NCBI GenBank assembly: GCA_050953065.1
Contig: JBMNLZ010000003.1
Location: 384,001-448,000 of the forward strand
DNA: 64,000 nucleotides
Direction of reading: 5' to 3'
DNA from: Bacilli bacterium
GTDB taxonomy: Bacteria; Bacillota_I; Bacilli_A; ML615J-28; CAG-698
The first letter of the stretch is position 1, and each line of letters starts with the position of its first letter. The position numbers were made by a program, and so were the translations under genes. Below the pieces are notes generated by a model. It had not been told where the DNA came from. It saw only the letters and a program-made list of their open reading frames with translations, and made no database searches. Shown in pieces: positions 1 to 9,286 of the stretch.

Positions 1-332
1 CCCATACTAAAACCTAACAAAATTATCTTCTTTATATTTTTTATCTTAAAAGCATAATCAATTATTAATTTAGCATCTTCTACTAAAGTATCAAATGTAA
101 ATTCATGAAATGCTCCATCAGACTCAGCATTACCATAAAAATCAAATCTTAAAGAAGCAATATTTTCTTTTGCTAGAAGCTCACTAATTGTTCTAAAAAT
201 TCTACCATGTTCTGCTTTATGACCAGTAAAACCATGAAACATAACAACAATTTTTTTTGAAGTTTCTGGATTATTAAGGTAGCCTCTTAAATAAACATTT
301 TCTTTTTTCTTTAATTCAACATATTTTTGCAT
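1..332 (-). CDS. Alpha/beta hydrolase (esterase-like), runs off the window
   Basis: Not in the ORF track. Hand translation from ATG at 332 gives MQKYVELKKKENVYLRGYL...MFHGFTGHKAEH...RFDFYGNAESDG...GFSMG (GxSxG nucleophile elbow at the window edge). Starts immediately after the murQ stop. Confidence 0.85.
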   Translation of the reverse strand, partial: MQKYVELKKKENVYLRGYLNNPETSKKIVVMFHGFTGHKAEHGRIFRTISELLAKENIASLRFDFYGNAESDGAFHEFTFDTLVEDAKLIIDYAFKIKNIKKIILLGFSM

Positions 333-333
333 C

Positions 334-1242
334 CTATTTTCCTACCTCTTTTAAGGCATTCCTTATATGTCCTTTATTATTAGCCAAATGTTTTTTTATT
401 TTTTCTAGATCTTTTATACCGCTTAAACTAGCAAATAAAGCCTGTTTAACAGTTTTATATTTTATTAAAGCTTGTTTTGCTTCTTCATTAGAAATTCCTA
501 AAGCCATTTCTAAAATACCTTCTGCTCTTTTAACCAATTTTTCATTTGACATTTGAACATCTATCATTAAATTTTGATATACTTTCCCCATTTTAATCAT
601 TGAAGCAGTTGATAACATATTACAAATCATTTTTTGAGCAGTACCTGATTTCATTCTAGTAGACCCTGTAATTGGTTCTTCTCCTGTGATGGCCTCAATT
701 GGATAATCAACAATAGAAGCTAATTTACTATTAAAAGAAGTTACAATCGCTCCAGTTGTTGCACCAATACTTTTAGCATATTCAATTGCACTAATTACAT
801 AGGGAGTCCTTCCACTAGCAGCAATTCCAACTACTATATCATCTTTAGTTAAATTAATTTTCTTTAAATCTTCTATTCCTAGAATCAAAGAATCTTCAGC
901 GCCTTCAACTGACTTTACTACAGCCTCAAACCCACCTGCTATTAAACATTGAATAGTTTCATAACTAACACCAAAAGTAGGCGGGCATTCTGATGCATCT
1001 AATACTCCAATCCTGCCACTTGTTCCAGCCCCCATATAGATTAATCTTGCATCTTTATAAAAGGCTTCTACAATTTTATCAACTAATGGTGCAATTTGAG
1101 GTAAAGCTTTTTCAACTGCATAAGCAATAGTTTTATCTTCATTATTAATTTTTCTTAAAATTTCAATTGTACTAACTACATCAATATCAAGTGTATTTGA
1201 ATTTCTTTGTTCAGTTCCTATTTTTTTTAAATCTACTGCCAT
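334..1242 (-). CDS. murQ: N-acetylmuramic acid 6-phosphate etherase
   Basis: TEQRN, GAGTSGRIGVLDASECPPTFG, GSTRMKSGTAQK motifs; ATG at 1242 chosen as start. Confidence 0.97.
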   Translation of the reverse strand: MAVDLKKIGTEQRNSNTLDIDVVSTIEILRKINNEDKTIAYAVEKALPQIAPLVDKIVEAFYKDARLIYMGAGTSGRIGVLDASECPPTFGVSYETIQCLIAGGFEAVVKSVEGAEDSLILGIEDLKKINLTKDDIVVGIAASGRTPYVISAIEYAKSIGATTGAIVTSFNSKLASIVDYPIEAITGEEPITGSTRMKSGTAQKMICNMLSTASMIKMGKVYQNLMIDVQMSNEKLVKRAEGILEMALGISNEEAKQALIKYKTVKQALFASLSGIKDLEKIKKHLANNKGHIRNALKEVGK

Positions 1243-2362
1243 CAAAATCTTCCTTTCTTCTAGGACTTGGTGTAATTTGGCCTAAAATTACTTCTTCTTT
1301 TGCATTTGTTACTGTAATTAGATTGCTAGGTTTATTATTTATTGTTTGATAACCTAAAACAACAAAAGCTAACGCTTCTTTAGAATCAGAAATATCTGAT
1401 TTTAAAACTTCTATTTCCAATTCCTCTTTTAATCTTTTCATAATGTAATCATTATGTGAGCCACCTCCACTAACAATTAACTTATTAAATTTTGGAATAA
1501 ATTTTTTCAAATTATAAACTATTCCAAAAACTGTGGCTTCAGTTATTGTTTTAACAACATCATTTGGCTTTTCTTTATCTAAAGCATATTTAATAATTAA
1601 CTCTTCCATAAAAGAAACACTATATTTTTCTCTACCAGTTGATTTTGGTGGATTTTTTAAAATAAAATCATCTTCTTTTAAAGCGTTAAATAGTTTTTCT
1701 ATTATTTTACCACTACTTGCTATTTCACCAGATTTATCATAATTTTTATTAAAATATTTTTTTGTGAAATAATCTATCATAATATTGCCAGGTCCACAAT
1801 CAAAAGCTATAACGTCTTTCCCACAAGCATTTTTTGGTAAATATGTAAAGTTACTAATTCCACCAATATTAAGTAAAACCAAATCCTCTTCTTTACTTAC
1901 ATATAACATATATTCAGAAAAAGGTACTAAAGGTGCTCCTTCTCCACCTGCTGCAACATCCATCACTCTAAAATTTGAAACAGTTTTTATATTAGTTAAA
2001 TAACTAATAACACTAGCTTCACCTATCTGTAATGTTGATGGAGTCGCCCCTTTTGGATCATGCCAAATAGTTTGGCCATGACTTGCAACAAACTCAATAT
2101 CTTTGTAATCAAGAAGAGTCCCTTCTAATACTTTATCGATAGCTTCTTTAAAGTAATATCCTAGTTCAAAATTTAGACTTGATACTTCATCTAATTTTGC
2201 TGTATCTTTATTTAAATTACGCATTAATTTAGCTCTAAATTTATCACTATATTCTAAAGTGATAAAATTAATAATTGAAAATTCTTCATTCAAATTAATT
2301 TTTACAAGGCAAGCATCAACTCCATCTAAAGAAGTTCCGCTCATCAAACCTATGGCATACAT
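1211..2362 (-). CDS. anmK: Anhydro-N-acetylmuramic acid kinase
   Basis: IGLMSGTSLDGVD, SHGQT, GGEGAPLVP, LNIGGISN, FDCGPGN, KSTGRE, KEALAF motifs. Confidence 0.96.
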   Translation of the reverse strand: MYAIGLMSGTSLDGVDACLVKINLNEEFSIINFITLEYSDKFRAKLMRNLNKDTAKLDEVSSLNFELGYYFKEAIDKVLEGTLLDYKDIEFVASHGQTIWHDPKGATPSTLQIGEASVISYLTNIKTVSNFRVMDVAAGGEGAPLVPFSEYMLYVSKEEDLVLLNIGGISNFTYLPKNACGKDVIAFDCGPGNIMIDYFTKKYFNKNYDKSGEIASSGKIIEKLFNALKEDDFILKNPPKSTGREKYSVSFMEELIIKYALDKEKPNDVVKTITEATVFGIVYNLKKFIPKFNKLIVSGGGSHNDYIMKRLKEELEIEVLKSDISDSKEALAFVVLGYQTINNKPSNLITVTNAKEEVILGQITPSPRRKEDFDGSRFKKNRN

Positions 2363-2377
2363 TTAATTTTCCTCTTT

Positions 2378-3940
2378 TTAAAAAACTTTAACTGGCAAAA
2401 TTCCTCTAGTGCCAATTTCTTTTTTCAAAAACTTAACTAAAGTTCTAATAGAATTAGGAGTATATTCATATAAACAAGAATAATTTTTAACATTTCTCAT
2501 TTCTAGAATATCATATGGATTTCTAAATGATATTACATAAACTTCCCTTCCCTTTTCTAGAAGAAGATTAACCAGTTTTGCTTGAGACGGAAAACTTTTT
2601 ACATTATATGTACAAACTAATACCTCACGAGCTGAACTTGCTTTTTCTGCTAGTTTTTCTATCTCAATATCTGTCATAATTAAAGGCATTTCAAAACATT
2701 TAACCTTAGGCAATTCTTGTTTAACTACTTCAACAAGGTTTCTAGAAGAAAGCCTATCTTCTGCAATCGTAGTTGCAAAAGGTGTTGGAGCAAAAATTAC
2801 ACTATCATCTAACAGTTCAAATGAATTTCCCATCACTTTAGTTAAAGATTCATCAACTATTCTTTGAGCTACTCTTTTATGATTAAAATTGTCAACCTTT
2901 GCTTTTGCGTAATCAAAATCAAAATTATAATAATGCTTATTTAAAGATTTTATTGCTTCATTCTTAGCATCTAAAATACGCTTAACTTTTGCATCAATTG
3001 CATCCATCGGTATTTCATTATTTAAAACTGCTTTTTCTAATAATTCTAAAGCTTTAATTTGCTTTGATTCAGTTTGTGAGATACATGCTAAATCAAGTCC
3101 TGCTTTAATCCCCATCACTGTTCCTTTTTCAGTTGTATAAATATCATCAATTGCTTTCATTTCCATACAATCGCTTACTATTAAACCTTTAAATCCTAAC
3201 TCTTTTCTAAGCAAGTCTGTTAAGACTTCTTTAGATAAAGTTGCTGGCATATTATTAACAGTATATTCTTTAAAATCGATATGAGCAGACATTATTGCTT
3301 TCACACCACTATCAATTGCAGCTTTAAAAGGCACTAATTCAACTTCTTCAATTCGCTTCCTACTGTGAGTAATTCTTGGTAGACCAAGATGAGAATCAAC
3401 ATTTGTATCTCCATGTCCTGGAAAATGTTTTGCAGTTGCAATTACACCTTCCTCTTGAATTCCGTTAATAAAAGAAACACCATATTGAGCAACCTTAGTA
3501 GGATTATCTCCATAACTTCTAACCCCAATTACAGGATTAGCAGGGTTATTGTTAACATCTAAAGACGGTGCTAAATTCATATTGATACCAAGGGCTAATA
3601 ACTCCTCCCCCATAATCCTACCAATCTCATAAGCATCATCAATACAAGTTGCTCCAAGCGTCATATTCCCAGGGCAAAAAGTTGCTCCTTCCATAATTCT
3701 AGTAACCATTCCACCTTCTTGATCAATTGTAATCAGAGGGATTGTATTTGTTGCTTCTTTTACTTCTTTATGAATTCTTTGACATAATTCATATAATTGC
3801 TTAATTGATTTAATATTTCTCGCAAACAAAATAACATTAGCTACCTTATATTCTCTAATCATTTTCTTTAAATGATCATTAAATTCATAGCCATGAAAAC
3901 CTATAATTAATAACTGACCTAATTTTTCTTTTAAATTCAT
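2378..3940 (-). CDS. nagZ: GH3 beta-N-acetylglucosaminidase (NagZ type), no signal peptide
   Basis: IDQEGG, KHFPGHGDTNVDSH (NagZ Asp-His dyad motif), SDCMEM nucleophile region, C-terminal RNPYD domain. Confidence 0.92.
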   Translation of the reverse strand: MNLKEKLGQLLIIGFHGYEFNDHLKKMIREYKVANVILFARNIKSIKQLYELCQRIHKEVKEATNTIPLITIDQEGGMVTRIMEGATFCPGNMTLGATCIDDAYEIGRIMGEELLALGINMNLAPSLDVNNNPANPVIGVRSYGDNPTKVAQYGVSFINGIQEEGVIATAKHFPGHGDTNVDSHLGLPRITHSRKRIEEVELVPFKAAIDSGVKAIMSAHIDFKEYTVNNMPATLSKEVLTDLLRKELGFKGLIVSDCMEMKAIDDIYTTEKGTVMGIKAGLDLACISQTESKQIKALELLEKAVLNNEIPMDAIDAKVKRILDAKNEAIKSLNKHYYNFDFDYAKAKVDNFNHKRVAQRIVDESLTKVMGNSFELLDDSVIFAPTPFATTIAEDRLSSRNLVEVVKQELPKVKCFEMPLIMTDIEIEKLAEKASSAREVLVCTYNVKSFPSQAKLVNLLLEKGREVYVISFRNPYDILEMRNVKNYSCLYEYTPNSIRTLVKFLKKEIGTRGILPVKVF

Positions 3941-3947
3941 AACTCAC

Positions 3948-5087
3948 CTAATATAATAAATATTTCTTTCTAGTTTTACCGAATTCTTTTGTTTCTTTAT
4001 CAATAATTGAAAATAGCTTATCTATCTCATATTTATCTTCAGTCACATACCCACAACCAGTATTATATTCTAACATTCTAGGGCGTCCTTCTACATATGG
4101 TGGTAGGACTTCAAAATCATTCGGATACATTCTTCTTACAACATAAAGCATTAACCATCCAACCTTAACAGCTTGAAATTTATTTTTATCTAAAACATGA
4201 ACTTCAACACCACCACATAATTTCTTTTCATTTTTTGAAAATACAGGTGTAAAATAAAGCGGTCGGAAATATACTCCAGGAAGCTTATAACTATTAAGTT
4301 TTTCCGCATAATCATTAGAATTTATCCAAGGAGCCCCAACATATTGAAATGGTGCCGTAGTCCCTCGTCCTTCAGATACATTAGTTCCTTCAAAAATACA
4401 AGTTGCATTATAAACAACAGCCGAAAGCGGTGTTGGAAGGTTAGGTGAAGGCATCACCCAAGGAAGAAGAGTTTCTGAAAAATACATTTCTCTTTTATAA
4501 TTTTTCATCAAAATCATATGAAGTTTACATCCGATTTCATATTCTTCATTAAACAGCTTAGCAAGCTCTGCAATAGTTAAACCATGACGTTGTACAATTG
4601 GATAATATCCAACAAAAGAACGATATTCTAAATCTAAGATATTTCCTTCAAAATCTTTAGCATTAACCGGATTTGGCCTATCAAAGATAACAAACTCTTT
4701 ATCATATTCTTTACATGCCATCATAGCATAAGCCATTGTATAGATATATGTATAAAATCTAGATCCAGCATCTTGAATATCCATACATAAAATATCAATC
4801 CCATCCATCATTTCTTGAGTTGGCCTTCTAGTTTGTCCATATAAACTATGAACAATACAACCACTTTCTGGATCAAAATAAGTTTCTAATTTTTCACCAG
4901 CTTGAATATTTCCTCTAACGCCATGTTCTGGCGAAAAAAGTGCTACAAGATTTGTTTTTTCTTTTAAAACTTCAATTGAAGATCTAAAATCACTTGTCAT
5001 TCCAGTTGGATTTGTAATTAAGCCAACTCTTTTACCTGAAAAAAGATTTAAATATTCACCAATTCTTTCAATCCCTAATTTTACCAT
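3948..5087 (-). CDS. namZ: Exo-beta-N-acetylmuramidase NamZ (DUF1343/GH171), no signal peptide
   Basis: VGLITNPTG, FSPEHG, SLYG, DIQDAGSRFYTY, DRPNP, PSPNLP, EGTNVSEGRGT motifs. Confidence 0.93.
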   Translation of the reverse strand: MVKLGIERIGEYLNLFSGKRVGLITNPTGMTSDFRSSIEVLKEKTNLVALFSPEHGVRGNIQAGEKLETYFDPESGCIVHSLYGQTRRPTQEMMDGIDILCMDIQDAGSRFYTYIYTMAYAMMACKEYDKEFVIFDRPNPVNAKDFEGNILDLEYRSFVGYYPIVQRHGLTIAELAKLFNEEYEIGCKLHMILMKNYKREMYFSETLLPWVMPSPNLPTPLSAVVYNATCIFEGTNVSEGRGTTAPFQYVGAPWINSNDYAEKLNSYKLPGVYFRPLYFTPVFSKNEKKLCGGVEVHVLDKNKFQAVKVGWLMLYVVRRMYPNDFEVLPPYVEGRPRMLEYNTGCGYVTEDKYEIDKLFSIIDKETKEFGKTRKKYLLY

Positions 5088-5787
5088 TTTCTTCCTCTCC
5101 TTCTAAATCAAATTTATCGACTGTTTTTATATCATCTTCATTATCAGATAAATACCAATATACTCCCCTTGTTAAGTTATAAGAAACAAAAAGCGGTCCA
5201 CTAATACCAATTAAAAACCAGAAAGGTATTAAAAACTTAACTAAAATCGCTCCTATACTTAAAGCCCACACTAAAAATAAAATAAAGGTTGTAAAGAAAA
5301 ATTTTAAACACATATAAAAACTCATTTTTAATGTATCTTTAACAGAAAAGTTAAAATAAGTCATCACCATTGGTAAATGTATTAACATTAGCCCAACAAT
5401 AAACATACAAAACAACATATAAAAAAAACCAACTGCATAGACTAAACTAAAATCTTTAAAACTAAAATTAGCCTCTAACAAACTAGGTGCATAATACCAC
5501 ACAGCAAAACCTAAAATTAAAAAAATACTTAAAAATATTAAAGTAATAAAAATTGTTTTTTTAAAATCATATGCCATATTCTTAAAATAAATTTTAAAAA
5601 TATTACCACTTTGTTTACCTTCTTTAAAATCTTTTATAGTTCTAAAAGTAGCAAGATATGATGGAATAAAACCTATAAAAGCAGTTACTGCCGAAATAAA
5701 AATTATAATTACATTCATAACTATCAATCGCCAAAGCCAATCAATAAAACTAAAGCCTCTGCTATTGACAAACTTTTCCATATCCAT
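5068..5787 (-). CDS. YesL/DUF624-like membrane protein (sugar ABC accessory)
   Basis: About 5 hydrophobic segments; DWLWRLIVMN...PSYLATF pattern typical of DUF624; sugar ABC context. Confidence 0.7.
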   Translation of the reverse strand: MDMEKFVNSRGFSFIDWLWRLIVMNVIIIFISAVTAFIGFIPSYLATFRTIKDFKEGKQSGNIFKIYFKNMAYDFKKTIFITLIFLSIFLILGFAVWYYAPSLLEANFSFKDFSLVYAVGFFYMLFCMFIVGLMLIHLPMVMTYFNFSVKDTLKMSFYMCLKFFFTTFILFLVWALSIGAILVKFLIPFWFLIGISGPLFVSYNLTRGVYWYLSDNEDDIKTVDKFDLEGEEENGKIRD

Positions 5788-5852
5788 AGTTTTCCCTCGT
5801 TTTAAAAAACTAAACTATTAATATTATACCATAGAACCTAACTATAAACAAT

Positions 5853-5881
5853 AAAAAAACTGTGTCTTGCGACACAGTTTT
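5853..5881 (-). terminator. Intrinsic terminator after the binding-protein gene
   Basis: Inverted repeat AAAACTGTGTC-ttgc-GACACAGTTTT with a U-tract on the minus strand. Confidence 0.85.
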
Positions 5882-5891
5882 CATTATTATA

Positions 5892-7541
5892 TTATCCAAA
5901 TTTTCTAAGTAAAGCAGCTTCAACAACTGGTGCCACTGTAGACAATGTTTGTTGATAGTCTCCACCTTGGATAACTGTTCTTAAAGCAGGGCCTAATCCA
6001 TCAGGTTGTGTAAATGAATATACACCTTCAAGTGGATCATAGAAATATCTTAAGTTAACTGGATTATCACCTTTATCATTAACATACATAATAGCCTTAA
6101 CGCTTTCTGGGTCATCAGTTAATCTTTGAGCATTTTGTAATCTCAAGTCATACTCATCATAACCAGGAGCATTTAGAACGTTTTCTCTAGTTAACAAGTA
6201 CATTTCATTAATAGCACGATAAACTGCTTCTTGGTCAGCATCACGTCCAGTAGCCATAATGTAAACAGCCTCATCTGGCATCGCTACTCTAACGTCTGCT
6301 TTTGACATTCCATCAGCATATGGGAATGGAACATAACCAATATCAAATAAACTATCACGATAAGTTTTCCATCTATTTTCAGCATTTAAGAACCAGAATT
6401 GTCCTGGACAGAAAATTGCATTTCCTGTATTAAATGCTACTGAACCAGCATCATGATTCATTGCAGGATCGAATGCGTTTGCTGCATAGATATCTGTTAA
6501 TATTTGAGCTGCATTAACACAGTTTTCATTTTGATAGTCAACGATTAAGTTGTCAAGGTTAGCAACTTTAACACCAGAAGAAATACTCATACCATACCAG
6601 TAATAAATTCCATGGCCTGATAATGCATATTGTCCTTCTTCACTCATTTTAGCTTGAGCAGCTAATGCCCATGCTTTAAAATCTGAATATGTCCATTCAT
6701 CATCATTGAATTTCTTAGCAGGTGTATCTAATTCAAGTTGATTTACTAAGTCTAAGTTATAGAATAAACCATTAATTAATCCAGATCCAGCATTTGTCAT
6801 ACCATATAATTTTCCTTTATATGTACAAGCTTGACGGAATGCAGCATCCATCTTATCTTCACCATAAGTTCCATACAAATCAGTTAAATCAACTACAGAA
6901 CCACCTTCAACAAAATCAGGAATCCAGTCACTTCCAACAATATAGAAGTCTGCTTCAGGAGTTCCTAAAGAAGCTTGTAAGTTGATATAGTCAATACGAG
7001 TTTGTCCCCATTCAGCTCCAGCTGGATAGTCAATAACTGTAATATCACAGTTATACATTTCTTTTACAGCAGTGAAAGCAGCTTTCTTAGCTTCCTTATC
7101 ACTTGCAGCATAGTCTTCTTCATTGTTTGCATTACGATGGAAAGGATCATATTCGTTTTGCGCCTTTGCCATAATTGTAATTACATAACCTTGTAAGTCA
7201 GGGCGATCACCATCACCAGTACCAGTTCCTCTAACTGTAATTAAAACTGGTTGTTTCAAATCTGGATTAGCAACTGATGTAGCAGTGATTGAAACTCTAC
7301 CCGCTGAGATACCTTTAACTAATCCTGTGTCAGTAACAGTAGCAATTGCAGCATTACCGCTTTCCCATGTTACACTTTGATCAGCTTTCGCAGGTGTAAT
7401 TTTTGCAGTCAATTGAGTAGTAGCACTAATACTTACTGATAAATTACCAGTGATTTCAATTGCCTTAGGTTTTGCTTTTTTACATCCTACTAAAGCGAAT
7501 AAACTTACCATTAATAATGGTACAATAAGCCATTTTTTCAT
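5892..7541 (-). CDS. Sugar ABC substrate-binding lipoprotein with N-terminal Big_2 domain
   Basis: Lipobox LVGC; Big_2 motif VTWESGNAAIATVTDTGLVKG; SBP_bac-like motifs GLFYNLDL, WTYSDF, IGYVPFP. Confidence 0.85.
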   Translation of the reverse strand: MKKWLIVPLLMVSLFALVGCKKAKPKAIEITGNLSVSISATTQLTAKITPAKADQSVTWESGNAAIATVTDTGLVKGISAGRVSITATSVANPDLKQPVLITVRGTGTGDGDRPDLQGYVITIMAKAQNEYDPFHRNANNEEDYAASDKEAKKAAFTAVKEMYNCDITVIDYPAGAEWGQTRIDYINLQASLGTPEADFYIVGSDWIPDFVEGGSVVDLTDLYGTYGEDKMDAAFRQACTYKGKLYGMTNAGSGLINGLFYNLDLVNQLELDTPAKKFNDDEWTYSDFKAWALAAQAKMSEEGQYALSGHGIYYWYGMSISSGVKVANLDNLIVDYQNENCVNAAQILTDIYAANAFDPAMNHDAGSVAFNTGNAIFCPGQFWFLNAENRWKTYRDSLFDIGYVPFPYADGMSKADVRVAMPDEAVYIMATGRDADQEAVYRAINEMYLLTRENVLNAPGYDEYDLRLQNAQRLTDDPESVKAIMYVNDKGDNPVNLRYFYDPLEGVYSFTQPDGLGPALRTVIQGGDYQQTLSTVAPVVEAALLRKFG

Positions 7542-7603
7542 TTTTCCTCCTCATTTTTCGTCTTTTTTTTTAAGAATTTCCTTAAGATAAGGTTTACATC
7601 AAT

Positions 7604-7632
7604 ATTATATAACAAATCAAAGATATTTGCAA
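7604..7632 (-). promoter_or_regulatory. Sigma-A promoter of the binding-protein gene
   Basis: TTGCAA-17 nt-TATAAT on the minus strand; GGAGG RBS downstream. Confidence 0.75.
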
Positions 7633-7635
7633 TAT

Positions 7636-8562
7636 TTAATTTAAATCTTTTTCCGTATAGATGTAGTTTTTCCATACTTCAAAGCCAAATTTTTGGTAAA
7701 ATTCTAAAAGCCCAGTCCAATCAATCATGATATCTGTAGTCTTAGTCTTTTTCAAAAGATTTAAAGCATAAGAGATAATATCCTTGCCTAAACCAAGTTT
7801 TCTATGAGATTCTTCTACTCCTAAAGGACCAATCCCAGTTAGTCTTTCAAACCTTTGATACCAAGTAATATTATATGGTTTTTTATTTAATTCTATTTGA
7901 TTGCATCTTAGAAATGCTACTACATCTGTATTTTCTTTAGATACGGCAACTATATATGATGCTTCAAAATCATTATGTTCAATAGCATCAAGCCCCTCAT
8001 CATACCACCTTTTAGAAAAAGTTTTTAATAAATCTAAAACTTTGTCTTTTTCTTCTAGCCTAGCATATCTAAAAATAAAACCTTTATCTAATACCTCATA
8101 TGTTTTAGATAAATTATTTTTAACAATTAAATCATGTGTATAGCGGCTCATCTTATATCCCTTTTTCTCAAACCAAGGACAACTTAAATTTACAAAATCA
8201 CTTGGAATTCCTGGAAAAAAGTTATCATAATCTGAACCTACTTTAATTTTATTAACTTTTTTTTCTTTAAACTCTTCTTCTAGTTTTAAAAGTAAATTAC
8301 TTCCTACTCCTTGGTGTCTTTCTTTTTTTGAAACATAAAATAAACTAATCCAACCAAGAAGGGTTTCTTCATTTATTTTACTAATAATAAAGCCTATTGC
8401 CTTTTCTTCTAAATATGCAATATAACTAGAAAATAAATATTTGCTTTCTAAAACTCTTTTTAAGAAAATCTCTTCAGCAATAGGATAAATAAACCCCACT
8501 TCACCATTCCATAAAGATAAAACATCTTTATAATTAGTAAGATTTAATTTCTTAATTTCCAT
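7636..8562 (-). CDS. Tandem-GNAT N-acetyltransferase (GlmA-like)
   Basis: Two acetyl-CoA motif A sites (ERHQGVGS, HRKLGLG) and GIGPLGV...IDWT...FYQKFGF; ATG at 8562 just after the nagB stop. Confidence 0.85.
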   Translation of the reverse strand: MEIKKLNLTNYKDVLSLWNGEVGFIYPIAEEIFLKRVLESKYLFSSYIAYLEEKAIGFIISKINEETLLGWISLFYVSKKERHQGVGSNLLLKLEEEFKEKKVNKIKVGSDYDNFFPGIPSDFVNLSCPWFEKKGYKMSRYTHDLIVKNNLSKTYEVLDKGFIFRYARLEEKDKVLDLLKTFSKRWYDEGLDAIEHNDFEASYIVAVSKENTDVVAFLRCNQIELNKKPYNITWYQRFERLTGIGPLGVEESHRKLGLGKDIISYALNLLKKTKTTDIMIDWTGLLEFYQKFGFEVWKNYIYTEKDLN

Positions 8563-8563
8563 A

Positions 8564-9286
8564 TTATAAAAGACTAGCTGCGTCTTTATCAACTATAACA
8601 ATTACATCTTTATGATTCTTTAAAACTGATGCAGGGAAAGCCTCAGTAATCTCACCCTTTACTAAAGACTTAATTGCTTCTGCTTTTGATTTTCCAGATG
8701 CAATAAGTAAGATTTTTTTAGCCTGCATTATGTTTTTAATTCCCATAGTAATTGCACTAGTTGGAACTTCATCAATACTATTAAAGAATCTCTTATTATC
8801 TTCACGAGTTTTTTCTGCTAAAGTAACGATAAATGTTTCTTGGCTAAATGGAGTCCCTGGTTCATTAAAACCAATATGTCCATTTCCACCAATTCCTAGG
8901 ATTTGTAAGTCAATACTAGCTTTAGCTAACAACTTATTATAATCATCACAAAGTTTATTTAAATCTTTACCATTTCCTTCTGGAATATGAATATTTTCTT
9001 CTTTTATATCAATATGATTAAATAAATTTTCATGCATAAAAGTATAATAACTTTGAGAATGATTTTTATCTAAATTACAATATTCATCTAAATTATACGT
9101 TTTAACATCTTTAAAAGAAATCTCACCTTTTTTATATGACTCAATTAAATTTTTATAAAGGCCAATTGGTGAAGACCCAGTTGCTAACCCTAATGTACAA
9201 CTAGGTTTTGTTTTAATTAATTCAATTAAAATTTTTGCTGCTACTTGACTTAATTCTTGATAATCTTTAACTTCAACTATTTTCAT
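8564..9286 (-). CDS. nagB: Glucosamine-6-phosphate deaminase
   Basis: LGLATGSSP, NLDEY, GIGGNGHIGFNEPG, AITMGI motifs. Confidence 0.97.
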   Translation of the reverse strand: MKIVEVKDYQELSQVAAKILIELIKTKPSCTLGLATGSSPIGLYKNLIESYKKGEISFKDVKTYNLDEYCNLDKNHSQSYYTFMHENLFNHIDIKEENIHIPEGNGKDLNKLCDDYNKLLAKASIDLQILGIGGNGHIGFNEPGTPFSQETFIVTLAEKTREDNKRFFNSIDEVPTSAITMGIKNIMQAKKILLIASGKSKAEAIKSLVKGEITEAFPASVLKNHKDVIVIVDKDAASLL

